Positions 1 through 11,399 of a stretch of DNA of 64,000 nucleotides are shown here, piece after piece. The stretch covers positions 10,592,873 to 10,656,872 of the forward strand of contig MU053881.1 in assembly GCA_013239625.1 (NCBI GenBank). Direction: 5' to 3'. Source of the DNA: Lama guanicoe. Taxonomy: Eukaryota. A program made the translations under genes and the position numbers. Numbering within the stretch: the stretch's first letter is position 1; every line of letters starts with the position of its first letter. The notes below the pieces were generated by a model, which saw only the letters and a program-made list of their open reading frames with translations, had not been told where the DNA came from and made no database searches.

Positions 1-79
1 TGGAGCCCAATCTCCTGACGTGTGAGGTAGGATGATCAGCAAAGATGGAATTTATTTAATGTATATTATCCATTGTTAG

Positions 80-300
80 ATGGGATATTGGCCTTTTTTC
101 TTTTTTAGTAGTGTCCTTTCACTCATTGGCCTAATTTTCTTTTTTTAGTATTGTCTTTGTCTGGCTTTGGTATCAGGGTGCTGGTGTCTTCACAGAATGA
201 GTTTGGAAGCACTCCCTTCTTTTCAATCTATTGGAAGAGTTTGAGAAGGACTGGTGTTAGTTCTTCTTTGTGTGTTTGGTGGAATTCCCCAGTGAAGCCA
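80..300 (-). mobile_element. LINE-1 ORF2 internal fragment
   Basis: TTTGGTATCAGGGTG...GAATGAGTTTGGAAG...TTGGAAGAGTTTGAGAAGGACTGGTGTTAGTTCTTCTTT...CCAGTGAAGCCA resembles antisense L1 ORF2 (RT region). Confidence 0.8.
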
Positions 301-1599
301 CATTTTTAGACGAGAAAATGCCATTTAAAAATTGTGTCCCTCCCCCCCAAAATTGTGTTCATCCCAGGACTGTTCAAACATTTTCTTATTTTAAAAATCA
401 GAGGAGTTGTAATAAGTTTACATTTGCCTAGGACTTACTACATACTTTCAAATTGCTGAAATCAGAAATGATGTCCCAACTCTGTTTAACTAACTTCTCT
501 AAGAGCATTCGCTCAATCTCAGAAATGAGAGAAATATGCTTGAAAGCCGTATGATTCGAGGATGAGGAAGATGCCAGTCTCAAAGCTCCCTAATGCCAAC
601 AGTTTACAAATTCCCTTTATCCTCCCATGCGAAGCTTACACCCTTCAGACGTTACACACAGATAGCCCAAACATTTGCAAATTCAGCAGTGTTTTTATTG
701 TATCCTTCCCACTCCCCACTTAATAAAACTTCACAGGCCTGAAGGTTGCTGTGAAGTTAGTCTCAAGACTTTGCTCTTCTTCTGGTAATTTAATCTTCTT
801 TGCTCGTCTTCATAATTCAATTTTGTCAACCTTTTCTTCAGGGGAATTTAAAATTTACTACCATAACTACTTAATAGGCTGTTTCGTGTGATAAGGGGAT
901 AAGAAATTTACTTTTGGGGACATGTGCTGACTTCCTCGTGGGTACCGCTAGTCTGCTTACTGCTGACCTCAGGATTCTGTAACTTCCAAATGTTAATGGT
1001 TTCTAAAATGTGAGGAATTCATAACCTTTCACGAAAGGTTCACCTGCGAAGTGTGTCGCAACAGCTCCTTTCCTGTAATAGACGTTACTCGTGGTTTTTT
1101 TTTTTTTGTCTTCTAGTGAATTTAATCCTTGATTTTTGAAATGATCAACTTTTCCCATAAGTCATTTTGAATTAAGATGTAGTAAAATAGAAATATTTTG
1201 CAGCTTGATCTACAACTCTAGTTATTTAGCAGACAGCTGGAGATTATAAAAAATTAATAGATTTATGAATGGATATAGGACATACCTATTTTGCTCTGCA
1301 CATCTCTATGTGTTACGTGTTTACCAGTTGATATGGGGGGGATACACAAATGCACTGGGTACTATATAAAACTAAATGCAGTATGACACAGAGTGATAAA
1401 AGACAACTAAGACATCCCATGGGAATAATAAATTCTTGCCATGGGTATGAGAGAGAAAGGAGACTTTTAATTGGTTCTTGACAATAGAGAGATTTGGTAG
1501 ACAGAGATGGGTGTTGAGGGGGGTGGCATTTTAGAATGAGAACAGCATAGACAAGAATGAAAATAATTTACTGTGGCTCAAGTTTAGACTATCTGTCGC

Positions 1600-2010
1600 A
1601 TTCATGGTAAGTGATGCTAGTTGAGTAATAAACACCCCTCAAATCTGAAAGGATTCATACAGTAACAGTTCTTTCTTTCTCATGTCACAGTGTTAGGTGG
1701 GTCACCAGAGGATTTCTGCTGCACACTGTCCTTCAGAGAACAAGGCACATTTCCGGTGGCGACTCACCTGTCACTGCCCAGGAGCCTTGGAACCTTTCAG
1801 TAGATTCTTTACATCCAGCTAGCTGAGCTTTTAAGCAGATACAGGGTTACACAGGTGATTGTGTGAGAATTTGGAGAGCTCATGTGTGGAAGCAGTTCAC
1901 ACCACTCCCACTCCCCCTTCCCTGGGCTTGAAACTCAGAAGTGTCCCTTCCCTCAGTGGCAAAGAGGCTGGCTGGTGTTGGGTGCCGCTATGCTGAGGGT
2001 GAGGGGAGAA
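1600..2010 (-). mobile_element. Old MaLR LTR (MLT1-like), degraded
   Basis: AAACACCCCTCAAATCTGAAAGG...TTCTTTCTCATGTCACAG resembles the antisense MLT1 end; boundaries approximate. Confidence 0.45.
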
Positions 2011-2150
2011 ACTCAGACAGCGACAAGCAGTGTAGTCTGGGTCCTGGTGTACTCATCCAGAGGACAGGTACTTAGTTGAAAAGATCAAAAACGCATTCTG
2101 GTTAGATCATGGAGGGGAAGTTAGAAATTATTCTGCCAGTTACAGAAAAC

Positions 2151-2151
<1 letters not shown>

Positions 2152-2199
<48 letters not shown>
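2152..2199 (+). repeat. Pure poly(A) tract, 48 nt
   Basis: Uninterrupted A run, followed by a second A12 run at about 2213-2224. Confidence 0.95.
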
Positions 2200-2200
<1 letters not shown>

Positions 2201-2867
2201 CAACAAAGATATAAAAAAAAAAAAGGAGGTGGGAATCAAGCTATTTTTAGAGCATCATCAAATGTATACACACGGTTACAAATTTGCATGTCTAAGGCAT
2301 TCATGTCATTAGACAAAAGGCATTGAAATATAAGGTGCATCTGGATTTGGATTCCAAGGTGATCTATTTTCAGAGGGTCTGTATGACATTGGAACTGAGT
2401 GTGAACTCCTGCTGGAATGTGAGGCCAGGACTGCAGCTCCCCTCCAACCGGATTCCATCATCACACCAGTCACAACGCTCTATTTAATTGTAAGATTCAG
2501 TGAAAAACAGGGACACATCACTTATGAGGTGTTACACATCTGTCAACCATTTTATACCACTTTAGCTGCTTCTATTTGACAGAAAAAGATTTCTAGATAA
2601 TGATAGGACACAGATTCCATAAGGGGAAGAGGTTCTGAGAGGAGATGGATGAGAGGGCAGGGGAGTGAGCCAACCAGGAGAGAAGGGCGAGAGAAAACAC
2701 ACTCTATTTCTTCCGTTTCCTGTGAGTTTTTCTCCGGTCCTCAGTCTAAGAGGAAAGGGTCTAGTCTGTGGCCAGTTTATCAAATGGGCCAGACTTGTTT
2801 GCGCAAAAGCAGAAGATAGCTGGGGTCTCTCTCTCACACCACTGCTTCAAACATGCTCTCCTGTGGC

Positions 2868-3257
2868 CTGTAGAAGGCTGGCTTCTCCAGAGAAACACAC
2901 CAACTTCTCTTGTTTATCTCGTGGAATTAGCTCAAGTGACTACAGAGGCTGGCAAGCCCAAATCTGCAGGCCAGAGACCCAGAGACCAGCCCATATTGCA
3001 GTTCAAATCCAAAGGCTGTTTGCAGCGGACTTCAGCCTTGCTCCCGGGAGGTCTGTTTTTTTATTCCATTCTGGCCTTCAGCTAATGGGCTGAGGCCAGC
3101 CCACATGGTAGAGGACATCTGCTTTCCTCAGAGTCCACTGATTACAATGTTAACCTCATCCGAAGATCACCCCTACAGAAACATCCAGAATATTGTCTGA
3201 CTGGATGTTGAGGAAGGCGTGGCCCGGTCAGGTGGACCTCTCAAATGAACCACCGCA
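2868..3257 (-). mobile_element. ERV-L LTR, MLT2 family
   Basis: TTCTCCAGAGAAACAC, GAGGCTGGCAAGCCCAAATCTGCAGG, AGTCCACTGATTACAATGTTAACCTCATCC and end AAATGAACCACCGCA match antisense MLT2. Confidence 0.75.
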
Positions 3258-3700
3258 CTTCCCTTCCCTACCCCTTGCACCAAGGGATGGTTTATAGTCA
3301 TTTTCAGTTTTAAGACGTTCTAATTTGTAGGCAGATTAAAAAAACCCAGTCTAAAGTTCAATTTCAAGTTCTTCTTTCCCTAACTTGGGTCTGACGAGCG
3401 TCTTGAGGGGCCAGAGAAAGGAAGGGAGACAAGCAGATGTGAGAAACGACATGTCCTTTCATTTCTCTGCCTTCCCGCTCCTCCGTGCTTCTTCAGGAAC
3501 CACCTTCTCACCCGTCTCCGCATCGCGAGCCCCACCCACTCTGTAGGAAGCCCCGCCAAGTTTCCTGGCACCTCTACTTAAAGCTGGGCTGCGGGGGTGG
3601 AGCTGCTGACCTTCCTCAGCTTTGCCATCTTCGCCTACGATTTGCAGTAACAGTCTAGCTATCATTTCAAATACTGTTTCATGTATTAGCACATAGTTAC

Positions 3701-4133
3701 TGTCAGCTAAAAACGGTCACTTGTCATCTGGTCCTATAAGCATGGAGTCACTAGCCACTGTATCACTGACCTGCACACCCTGGAAGGAGTTCAGGGTGGA
3801 GATGAGGAACCAGATACCCTGTACTCTGCGGAAGACTGATCGAACAGGCCTTCAGAGAGGTTTTCTCAGGAGATTTAATGAGCCCAATTTCTTGCAGTCT
3901 TCTCAGATCTAGAAAAGCGCTAAAATCATTAATGGAGACATCTGCTCCTTGTCATTAGCAGCAACCTTCTGCCAAAATGTGTGCTTGACTGCGTGTACCA
4001 ACCTACCCTCTGACCTCTTCGGGGCAGTTCCTCAGAGCTATCTGAGAGGCTGTCTCCCGGGTTATAGTCCCCCTTTTGCTCCAATAATACTTAACTCACA
4101 ACTCTCACTTTATGCATTTTTTTTCAGCTGGCA
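3701..4133 (+). mobile_element. Solo ERV LTR (433 bp, ERV1-like)
   Basis: TG...CA termini with imperfect inverted ends TGTCAGCTAAAAA / TTTTCAGCTGGCA; near 4-bp TSD TTAC/TTAT. Confidence 0.7.
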
Positions 4134-4137
4134 TTAT

Positions 4138-4200
4138 ACACACAGCTGCACACTCGCCCTCACACACACAGGCACATACTCACACACACATACACATAAA
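4138..4200. repeat. Degenerate (CA)n low-complexity tract
   Basis: ACACACAGCTGCACAC...CACACACACATACACA. Confidence 0.7.
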
Positions 4201-5149
4201 CTCACTCTCTAGAAGGAATGCACAGGAGATCCAACTTAAGTCTTGTCTGGAATGGTAGTTGTTGTATAAATAACTTGCGAAAGAAAGCAGCTCAACTGAA
4301 TCATAGGAAATGAATCCAGACCATTGGTACTACCCCTGCTTGGATGAATCCCAATTACAGCATTATTTCACACCAGCCAGAAACTATTAAACACTGTGTA
4401 ACTCATAAGATTTACTTTAACGCAAAGACCCATTTGGTCCATCAAGTCATATTTCTATCACACACCTCACATAATTCTATAATATTATTACATCACCTTT
4501 TCTCCTATGTGAAAGGAACAATGAATCAAAAAGTAGGAACAAATGCTATGAATCATGTTGTATGAATAGGAATCTTACTCAACAGTCAAGTATTCTAGTT
4601 CAGATTCATTTAGATTATTTTGCATATCTCGGTGTCTTATCATGTGCTGCTAATAACTTTTATCAATTCAAAGGTAGCTTAGAACATATTTAAGTCGGAA
4701 GGTCATGGTGATGGGCAGTCTCAGAAAGACTGACTCACTTCTCCCAGCTACCACTGGGTGCAATGTTCCCCCTTTTCTCTCTTTTGCTACCAGTTGTCTA
4801 CCTGCCTGGGGGAAGATGTAATTTCTCTAAGATACTGTCCCTCAGCTGTGAGCAGCTGCATTACTCTTTTGCTGTTAAATTTGTCAATAAAGTGCTTCTT
4901 GAGTTTTGCATGAATTCAAATATTATCAAAAAAAAAAAAAAAGGAAAGACTCACATCCACTACTTGGATAAAACTTGGGGACTTAATGTCAGATTTTTTT
5001 TTTTTTAAGAATCACAAGGTAAATATTAGAACAAAAAGTTACAAAAGCAAAATAAATTGATTCTTTCCTAATTTCTTAAGCCTTCCCCCCAAATCCTAAG
5101 AGCACTTTTAAAAGGCAGTACAAGTGTTACTTCAGAATCTTGATTATGA

Positions 5150-5370
5150 AGGTGATCTTCTTGGATTTGAATCTTAGCTCATTTGCCTATTTCCTATACA
5201 TAATCTAGGGCACTTCACTCTCTTAACATCTTAGTTTCTACATCTATAAAATAGGCACAAGAATATAACTTACCCCACAGAATTATAGTGAGGATTAAAT
5301 GAGCTATTATATGAAAAGTACTTAGAACAATGTCTGAAATAGACTGAGTGCTTAAGAAATAAGTCATTAT
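5150..5370 (+). mobile_element. MIR SINE
   Basis: GGATTTGAATCTTAGCTC...TTAGTTTCTACATCTATAAAATAGG...GTGAGGATTAAATGAG...CTTAGAACAATGTCTG. Confidence 0.8.
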
Positions 5371-5459
5371 TGTATTTCTTGTAGTAAAGTATTTTCATAT
5401 GTCCTTCTAGAAAAATGATTATGGATATTGTGGTGTAATTATCCTTTTAAAATTTATGC

Positions 5460-5870
5460 AAAATTTATACTGATGTCAACCTATACACATTGTTCTGTAC
5501 TTATTTTTTTCATTTAATAATGTATCTTGTAATCTTTTCCATATCAGTGCATAGAAATCTACCTTAATCTTTTTCAGAGATGCAAGCATTCTATTATATG
5601 AAATTATGGACCATATTACATTTAGATAGCCCCTTACTGATATACATTTAAATTGCTTTCAATTTTTTAATATTATGAACAATGCTTCAGTCAACATACT
5701 TGTACAAATAACTTGATGTACTTTGGGAAATATTTCTACAATGTAAATTCCTAGCTGTGTAATCACAAGGTCAAAAGATATTCTCATAAATTTTTATAGA
5801 TTAAAAAAAAATAGTCCCATGGAATTATCACTTGTAATTACATTTCCAAGAAAACTATATGAAAATATAT
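5460..5870 (-). mobile_element. Old L1M (L1ME-like) 3' fragment
   Basis: TTTTCCATATCAGTGCATAGAAATCTACC...CATTTAAATTGCTTTCAATTTTTT...TAAATTCCTAG is typical antisense old L1. Confidence 0.65.
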
Positions 5871-5879
5871 TGCTCACAT

Positions 5880-6480
5880 GAAAGAAATGTTAAAATTCTA
5901 GCAAAGGGCATAAGAGAAGACAGATGAACAGGAAAATACACCTTTTTCTTAAAAGAAAGGTTTAATATTGCACAGATGTTAACATTTCCATATAAAAGTT
6001 CTAATTAAAATATCAATTAAAATTTATGGGTAACATGACAAAATGATATTAGAATGTATTTTAATTTAAAAATTAAGATTATCTAGAAATATAATTTTGA
6101 AAAATAAAAAAAAAATACAAAGAAAGGAAAGTAAATGGCAGGAAGGTAACATAACCCTGTCAAGGAATTAAATGCATTAAGAGGCTGTAATACTTAAGAC
6201 AGCAAGTTCGTACCAGAAGGAAAAAAAAAAATTAAGGCAATCAATTTTACAAATAGGAAGATACTGGAACTAAATATACAGTATTTGGCAAACAATGATC
6301 CTAGCATTTCAGATTGCTTGTGTTTTTTTAATAATTGCTATTGCTTCGAATGGTAAATATCTGCAATATAATGAATCTGGATTTCTACTTCATATTGCAT
6401 GAAGATCATCTTAGGTGTCCAATTTAAATATGAAAACAAGAAATCATAGAGCACCAAAGGAAAACAGGTCTAGATTTATT
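5880..6480 (+). mobile_element. Highly degraded old L1 ORF2 remnant
   Basis: A-rich; AAGGTTTAATATTGCACAGATGTTAA and AATCTGGATTTCTACTTCATA resemble L1 ORF2. Confidence 0.45.
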
Positions 6481-6500
6481 CTTAAGACTGTAGCAAGGAA

Positions 6501-6670
6501 GGGGGGAGGGTATTGTTCAAGTGGTAGAGCTTAGCATGCATGAGGTCCTGGGTTCAATCTCCAGTACCTCCTCTAAAAATAAATAAACCTAATTACCTCT
6601 CCCTCGACCCTTTGCCAAAATAAAATAACTAAATAATACAGTAATAAATACATAAATTTAAAAAAAAAAA
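6501..6670 (+). mobile_element. Camelid tRNA-derived SINE (Vic-1 type)
   Basis: GGGGGGAGGGTATTGTTCAAGTGGTAGAGC (A box), GAGGTCCTGGGTTCAATCTCCAGTACCTC (B box), AAACCTAATTACCTC, A-rich tail; degenerate TSD ACTGTAGCAAGGAA / ACTATACCAGGAA. Confidence 0.9.
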
Positions 6671-7196
6671 GACACTATACCAGGAAAAGGCCATGAAAGA
6701 TGAGTACTTTATCCGTTACAAAAATTAGAAAGCTGTGTAGAGTGAAAAGCAGTCCTAAGAACCCTGAAGAAAACAGTTACATGTCAATACAAAAGCAAGG
6801 AATTAGTTAATATTTTATTTTAGTTTCGGGGAAAGCATTGTTTACTTCACACCTATACAATCCTAGTTCTGAAATCCTCATGGGGTGGAACATCCTTGTA
6901 AGAAAGGCAACCTAGGGCCACAATAAAACTTCGGCTTCTTGGCCATGTGCTGTTACAGCACACTTCTGTAATGAGTACAACTTTGTGAGTGACCGACTTC
7001 TTAAGCCTCCCCTTCCAGGATATAAGAAATATCCAACACACTTGCGCAATACGTTCAAATTTAAACTTTCTAACTTAAAGCATTCTAGGACCATTCTCAA
7101 AAGTTTCCACTTAACTTGCTTCATACATATATGACAAACTTAAAAAATATGACATACTTATACTTAATATATGACACATGTCATAAATACTTGACG

Positions 7197-7525
7197 AACT
7201 TATTGTTACCAGAGGGGAAAGGGGGTGGGAAAGGATAAATTGGGGGTTTGAGATTTGCAGATACTAACTACTACATATAAAACAGATAAACAACAAGTTC
7301 ATACTGTATAGCGCAGGAAACTATATTCAGTATCTTGTAGTAACCTATCTTTAAAATGAAAAAGAATATGAAAAGGAATATATGTATGCACATGTATGAT
7401 TGAGACATTGTGCTGTACACCAGAAATTAACACAACGTTATAAACTGACTACACTTCAACAACAAAAAAATTAAATAACTCGGAAATTTAAAAAAAAAAA
7501 AATTAAAAAAACAAACAAAAAAGAG
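7197..7525 (+). mobile_element. 5'-truncated L1 (3' UTR + poly(A)), cetartiodactyl/camelid type
   Basis: GTTACCAGAGGGGAAAGGGGGTGGG...ATACTGTATAGCGCAGGAAACTATATTCAG...GCTGTACACCAGAAATTAACACAAC, A tail; ATATGACAAA at 7129-7138 and 7526-7535. Confidence 0.9.
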
Positions 7526-8509
7526 ATATGACAAATAATATTTGCATTTTTTATGAAAAAGACAGTTTCTTTATTACAGAACACAACTACTGTTACGACT
7601 TTGAGAGTGAATGATGGCTCTGAAGTCCATCTCTGGGTCCAAACAAAATAAAATACCTTGACCCTTTGTCTGAGAGGTCAGTTCAAAATGTTTTCTTCAC
7701 TGAAGCAGCTGTATAATTATCAGCTCCAAATTAAACACAAGCTTTTTCTTCTTTGGATCCTACCAGAGGAAAATCTACGGAAGTAAACAAAACCTATTTT
7801 GGCAAAAGAAGAGTGACATGTTTCTTCTAAAATGAGAGAGTTGAGATCAGAAATAAATGTTTTTTAGATGAAATCTTTAAGCTATAGCCTTATTTTTTTA
7901 TGATGATTTTATATCCACTCTATGAAGACCCTGTAGGAGTCTAAAGCCTGAATCAGCTTTTATGAAACGGAATGTATCAAACTGAGATGTTCTCAGCGGG
8001 TCGATCATTTGAAGCCGGTGCTGCCAGAGGAGACACTGGCCTTTTTAGAAACGTTTGCATTTTAGAAAACTCTGTTTTCCCACCTGACCACCAATAAATG
8101 TGAAGTCTTCAAAACTTACGTCTGACAGAGGAAAAGAAAGCGCTCTTGTGTATTTTTGAGGTCTTTCTTTTGTGTGTGGGGAGGGGAGGGAGAGGAGTGA
8201 GTGTGGGGAAAAAAAAATTTGTAAAGAAAGAGTCCTATTCTCCACTTAAATATATAGCAAAGTCTAAAAAAGAATGATGCTCTATTGTGGACAAATGGAC
8301 AAATTTGCCAGTCTGGGTTGATGTTGCAAACACAGTGGTTTTAAGTGGTTTGTACTCGGACCGGTGGTGATAATTTAAATAATTATTAGAAAAAGAAATG
8401 AAGAATAGAAAATCAACAGGCAAGGACTCCAAAAAGTCTCCGGTCTGTAATGTGTCACTTTAGGTTCTCACAAAGCAGTAGGCTGAAGCCATCACTACCA
8501 ATCGCACCT

Positions 8510-8730
8510 CCATTTACTGAATGTTTATTGAGCTCACTGCTCTGACATGCCTGATGTGCACTGAATCCTCATCAGAACTTGCGAGGCTGGTGTTACTGTT
8601 ATCCCAACTTTACTGTCCAGAAGACAGAGGCACAGCGAACTTGAGGAATTAACCCAAGACTGCAGTGAATAAGTGCTGGAGAGCCTGAATTCAAAATCAG
8701 CCATCTCCTTCCAAATCCTAAACACTGCTA
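8510..8730 (-). mobile_element. MIR SINE
   Basis: TTTATTGAGCTCAC...AATCCTCA...TTATCCCAACTTTAC...GACAGAGGCACAG...AACCCAAGA...GAATTCAAA. Confidence 0.75.
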
Positions 8731-10020
8731 AAGATGGTGTGCACTGCACCTGCGTCTACTGATTTGGTTATTCCTACCACTGGCACTTGTTCCTTTAAAA
8801 CTCTTTGAACACCCCTAAACTATCTAGTAACCTTGTAACCCTCAAATGGAAATTCTTCCAGAATGTCTGCCGATTATATTGTTTAGTACATATGTCTACA
8901 GTTGTATAAATAAAAGTGCAACTTCTCCTTCCAAAATGCACATTTTCCTTCTCAGCCTCAGTCTGGGAATGTTTAAACTGTCCCGCTCTTTGGGGACTTT
9001 TGATATGAAATGACATTTACATCTACAGTATCAACCTTTATGGTACATTTAGCACCATTTTGTATCATTGCACTGGGATCTCTTGCTTGGTAGCATGATG
9101 AGAACATTACTAAGGAGAAAAAAAAATAATAAAGAATGCCAAGCTCCTTAAATCACATTCTCTGGTTGGCAGAAACATACTTTGCTCACTCCTATGTTGA
9201 CAAGAGTGCCTGAAACTCTTAATGGTTTTCTGTCTAACTTTTAAAAATAATTAGCCCAGAGAGGATACTTAGCCGGGTGGTCGAATGCTGGCTGTGTTTT
9301 ACAGCAGAACGTTTTACGGTTAAAGTATTATGATTGCTTTAGTACAGTTGTGTCGAATGACCTTGCTATTTTACATCTTCAACAATTGTGCTTCAGTGAC
9401 ATCTTGGTCGTTTGTGCTTCTTAGAGAGGAGCTAAATGCTATGCCCTAGAGTGTGGGAACCTGTTAAAGAACAATTTTGTTTGGAACGTATGATTTCTCT
9501 CTCCATATCCTTCCCTTTCTTTTTCTTTTTTTTTTTCCTACCCCTGCGCCCCTTTCTTTATCATCCTACCCCCAGCCCCAATCCACCTCGCTAACAAGAC
9601 TGAGGAGGCGTCGAACCATCCGTGGCCCAGTTCTACCACTTCATAGCTATGTGATATTGGGCAAGTTTTCTTTTCTATAGTCTGGATAACTTTGTACTTC
9701 CTCAATCTTAAGTTGTATGGCATTTTTTTTTCTCTCACATTTTAACATTATTAGAAGTGTGATTCATCTTTCAATTACTGGACATTTAGTGTGAACATAG
9801 TTTTCTATTTGTCTCACACATCTATTTTAACATCAGTAACATATTACATTGATAAGTGCCATAAACAAGAAATAAAACAGTGAAAGGAGGCAGAGATAGT
9901 GCAGTGGGAGATATTATCTTAGATACAGTAATCTGGAAATACCTCCCTAGACAGGTGACAGTTTAGCTGAGCCCTAAAAAAAAAAAAAAAGCCAAAGAGA
10001 TCTGGGGAAAGAACTCTGTA

Positions 10021-10278
10021 TAGACTGGGATTTCTCAGCCTCAGTGCTATTGACATTTGGAAATGGATGACTCCTATCGCTTCTCGGCCTTTTGGCTAAG
10101 ATCAAGTGGAAATGGATGACTCTTTGTTGTGTGGGTCTATTCCAGGCATGATAAGATGGTTAGCAGCAATCCTGGCCTCCACCCACTAGATGCCAATAGC
10201 CCCTTCCTTGTGACACCCGGAAATGTCTGCAGATATAGCCAAGGTGTGCAAAACTACCCTTAGTACAAAAACCTAGGT
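10021..10278 (+). mobile_element. MER20 (hAT-Charlie DNA transposon)
   Basis: TTTCTCAGCCTCAGTGCTATTGACATTTGG...TTAGCAGCAATCCTGGCCTCCACCCACTAGATGCC...GTGACACCCGGAAATGTCTGCAGA. Confidence 0.85.
10076..10108 (+). pseudogene. RNU2: 3'-truncated U2 snRNA retropseudogene (U2 nt 1-33)
   Basis: ATCGCTTCTCGGCCTTTTGGCTAAGATCAAGTG is the 5' end of vertebrate U2; flanked by GAAATGGATGACTC(C/T)T at 10060-10075 and 10109-10124; no poly(A). Confidence 0.93.
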
Positions 10279-10435
10279 CTAGGCAGAGAAAATGGTAAAT
10301 AGTACAATAGCCCTTAAGGCAATACTGAGCTTGGCATGTTCGGCATGTTCACATGGAGACCAGGGTGGCTGGTTCTGGAGAAGCAACAGGAGGCCTGTCA
10401 ATGACATGGGCAGAATCACATCTGTGCTTGCAGTG

Positions 10436-10491
10436 TTTTTTTTTTTAATTTTATTATATTGAGTTATAGTCAGTTTACAATGTTGTGTCAA
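10436..10491 (-). mobile_element. Ultra-short L1 3' end insertion (~55 bp)
   Basis: Poly(T) + ATTGAGTTATAGTCAGTTTACAATGTTGTGTCA; TSD CTGTGC(T/A)TGCAGT at 10422-10434 and 10492-10504. Confidence 0.85.
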
Positions 10492-11399
10492 CTGTGCATG
10501 CAGTTTTGCAGGTCACAATAAAGAGGCTGGATCTTCTTCTGATTTGACGGAAAGCAATGGTTGGTTTTGAGCAGAGAGACTATGATTTCATTTAGTTTTT
10601 CCTTCATCTGCTCCTTTATCTCTTGCTCCCCTTCTCCCCTCCTTCCTTCCCACTCTACTCTATCAGTCCCTCTGACCACGATTACAAACTAGCCTATCCG
10701 TCTTAACATCACCCAGTCACACCCCAAATAAAGCATTTAATTCACCAAAATCTTAAAGGGATCTATTTTCATAACAAATAAAATAGTGAGACCAACAAAA
10801 TACCTAGACACCTGAAGCTGTGTGCTGACGGTCAATTCATGAAGATGATGCAGGGGGTGTAGCATGGCTTAAAAAAAGAAGTTGTGGATGGAGATAGATG
10901 GTGAAATGACTCTTTGGGAAAGGAAAAGCTTTTATTAGTTTTTTGTTTTTTCCTTTTAGTGAGTGGGAAGATTTAGGGAAAGAATGAGTATTGGTTCTTT
11001 GAGATGTGCTATGTGGGCCTCTGTGCTGCCTTTTAAAGAGAACATACAGCAAAGATCTGTATCTTTCATGGATTTTTATAATTTAGGTTCCTTTCTTTTT
11101 CTTGATCTACAAAGGAGCGGGCAAATCTCAAGGCAGTTTACCTCTATATATTGGGGATGACTGTCTGTCTGTCTATTTCTCCCATTTTTTTTCTTGATAT
11201 CAACAGCAGTGCAAAGAGAACCTTATAGATTTTAGCAAGTGAAACATGACCCTCTGCTATAATTGCAATAAAAATGAATTTTACTCTGTAGTTTTTATTA
11301 CTTCAATCTAAAATTCTTAAGTTTGAATACATCATTTAACTGCTGGTTAAACTGGTTTTATATTTATATTAAGCTTTTCTGTTGGAAACTATTGACTCG

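Larger units (their letters stand above)
9860..10600 (-). mobile_element. L2 fragment interrupted by MER20 and a short L1 tail
   Basis: AGGTGACAGTTTAGCTGAGCCCT...GATCTGGGGAAAGAAC resumes after MER20 as CTAGGCAGAGAAAATGG...GGTTTTGAGCAGAGA. Confidence 0.65.

Noticed and set aside
2109..2312. 67-aa lysine-rich ORF
   Set aside because: Poly-K comes from the poly(A) run; no other coding signal
2665..3093. 142-aa ORF
   Set aside because: GTG start, runs into an antisense MLT2 LTR, no recognisable protein similarity
6501..6570. tRNA gene (also 31160-31235)
   Set aside because: A/B boxes belong to Vic-1-type SINE heads with A-rich tails and TSDs; no acceptor stem
6853..7124. Overlapping minus-strand ORFs as a possible processed pseudogene
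   Set aside because: Translations not recognised; no poly(A)/TSD pair; would need BLASTX
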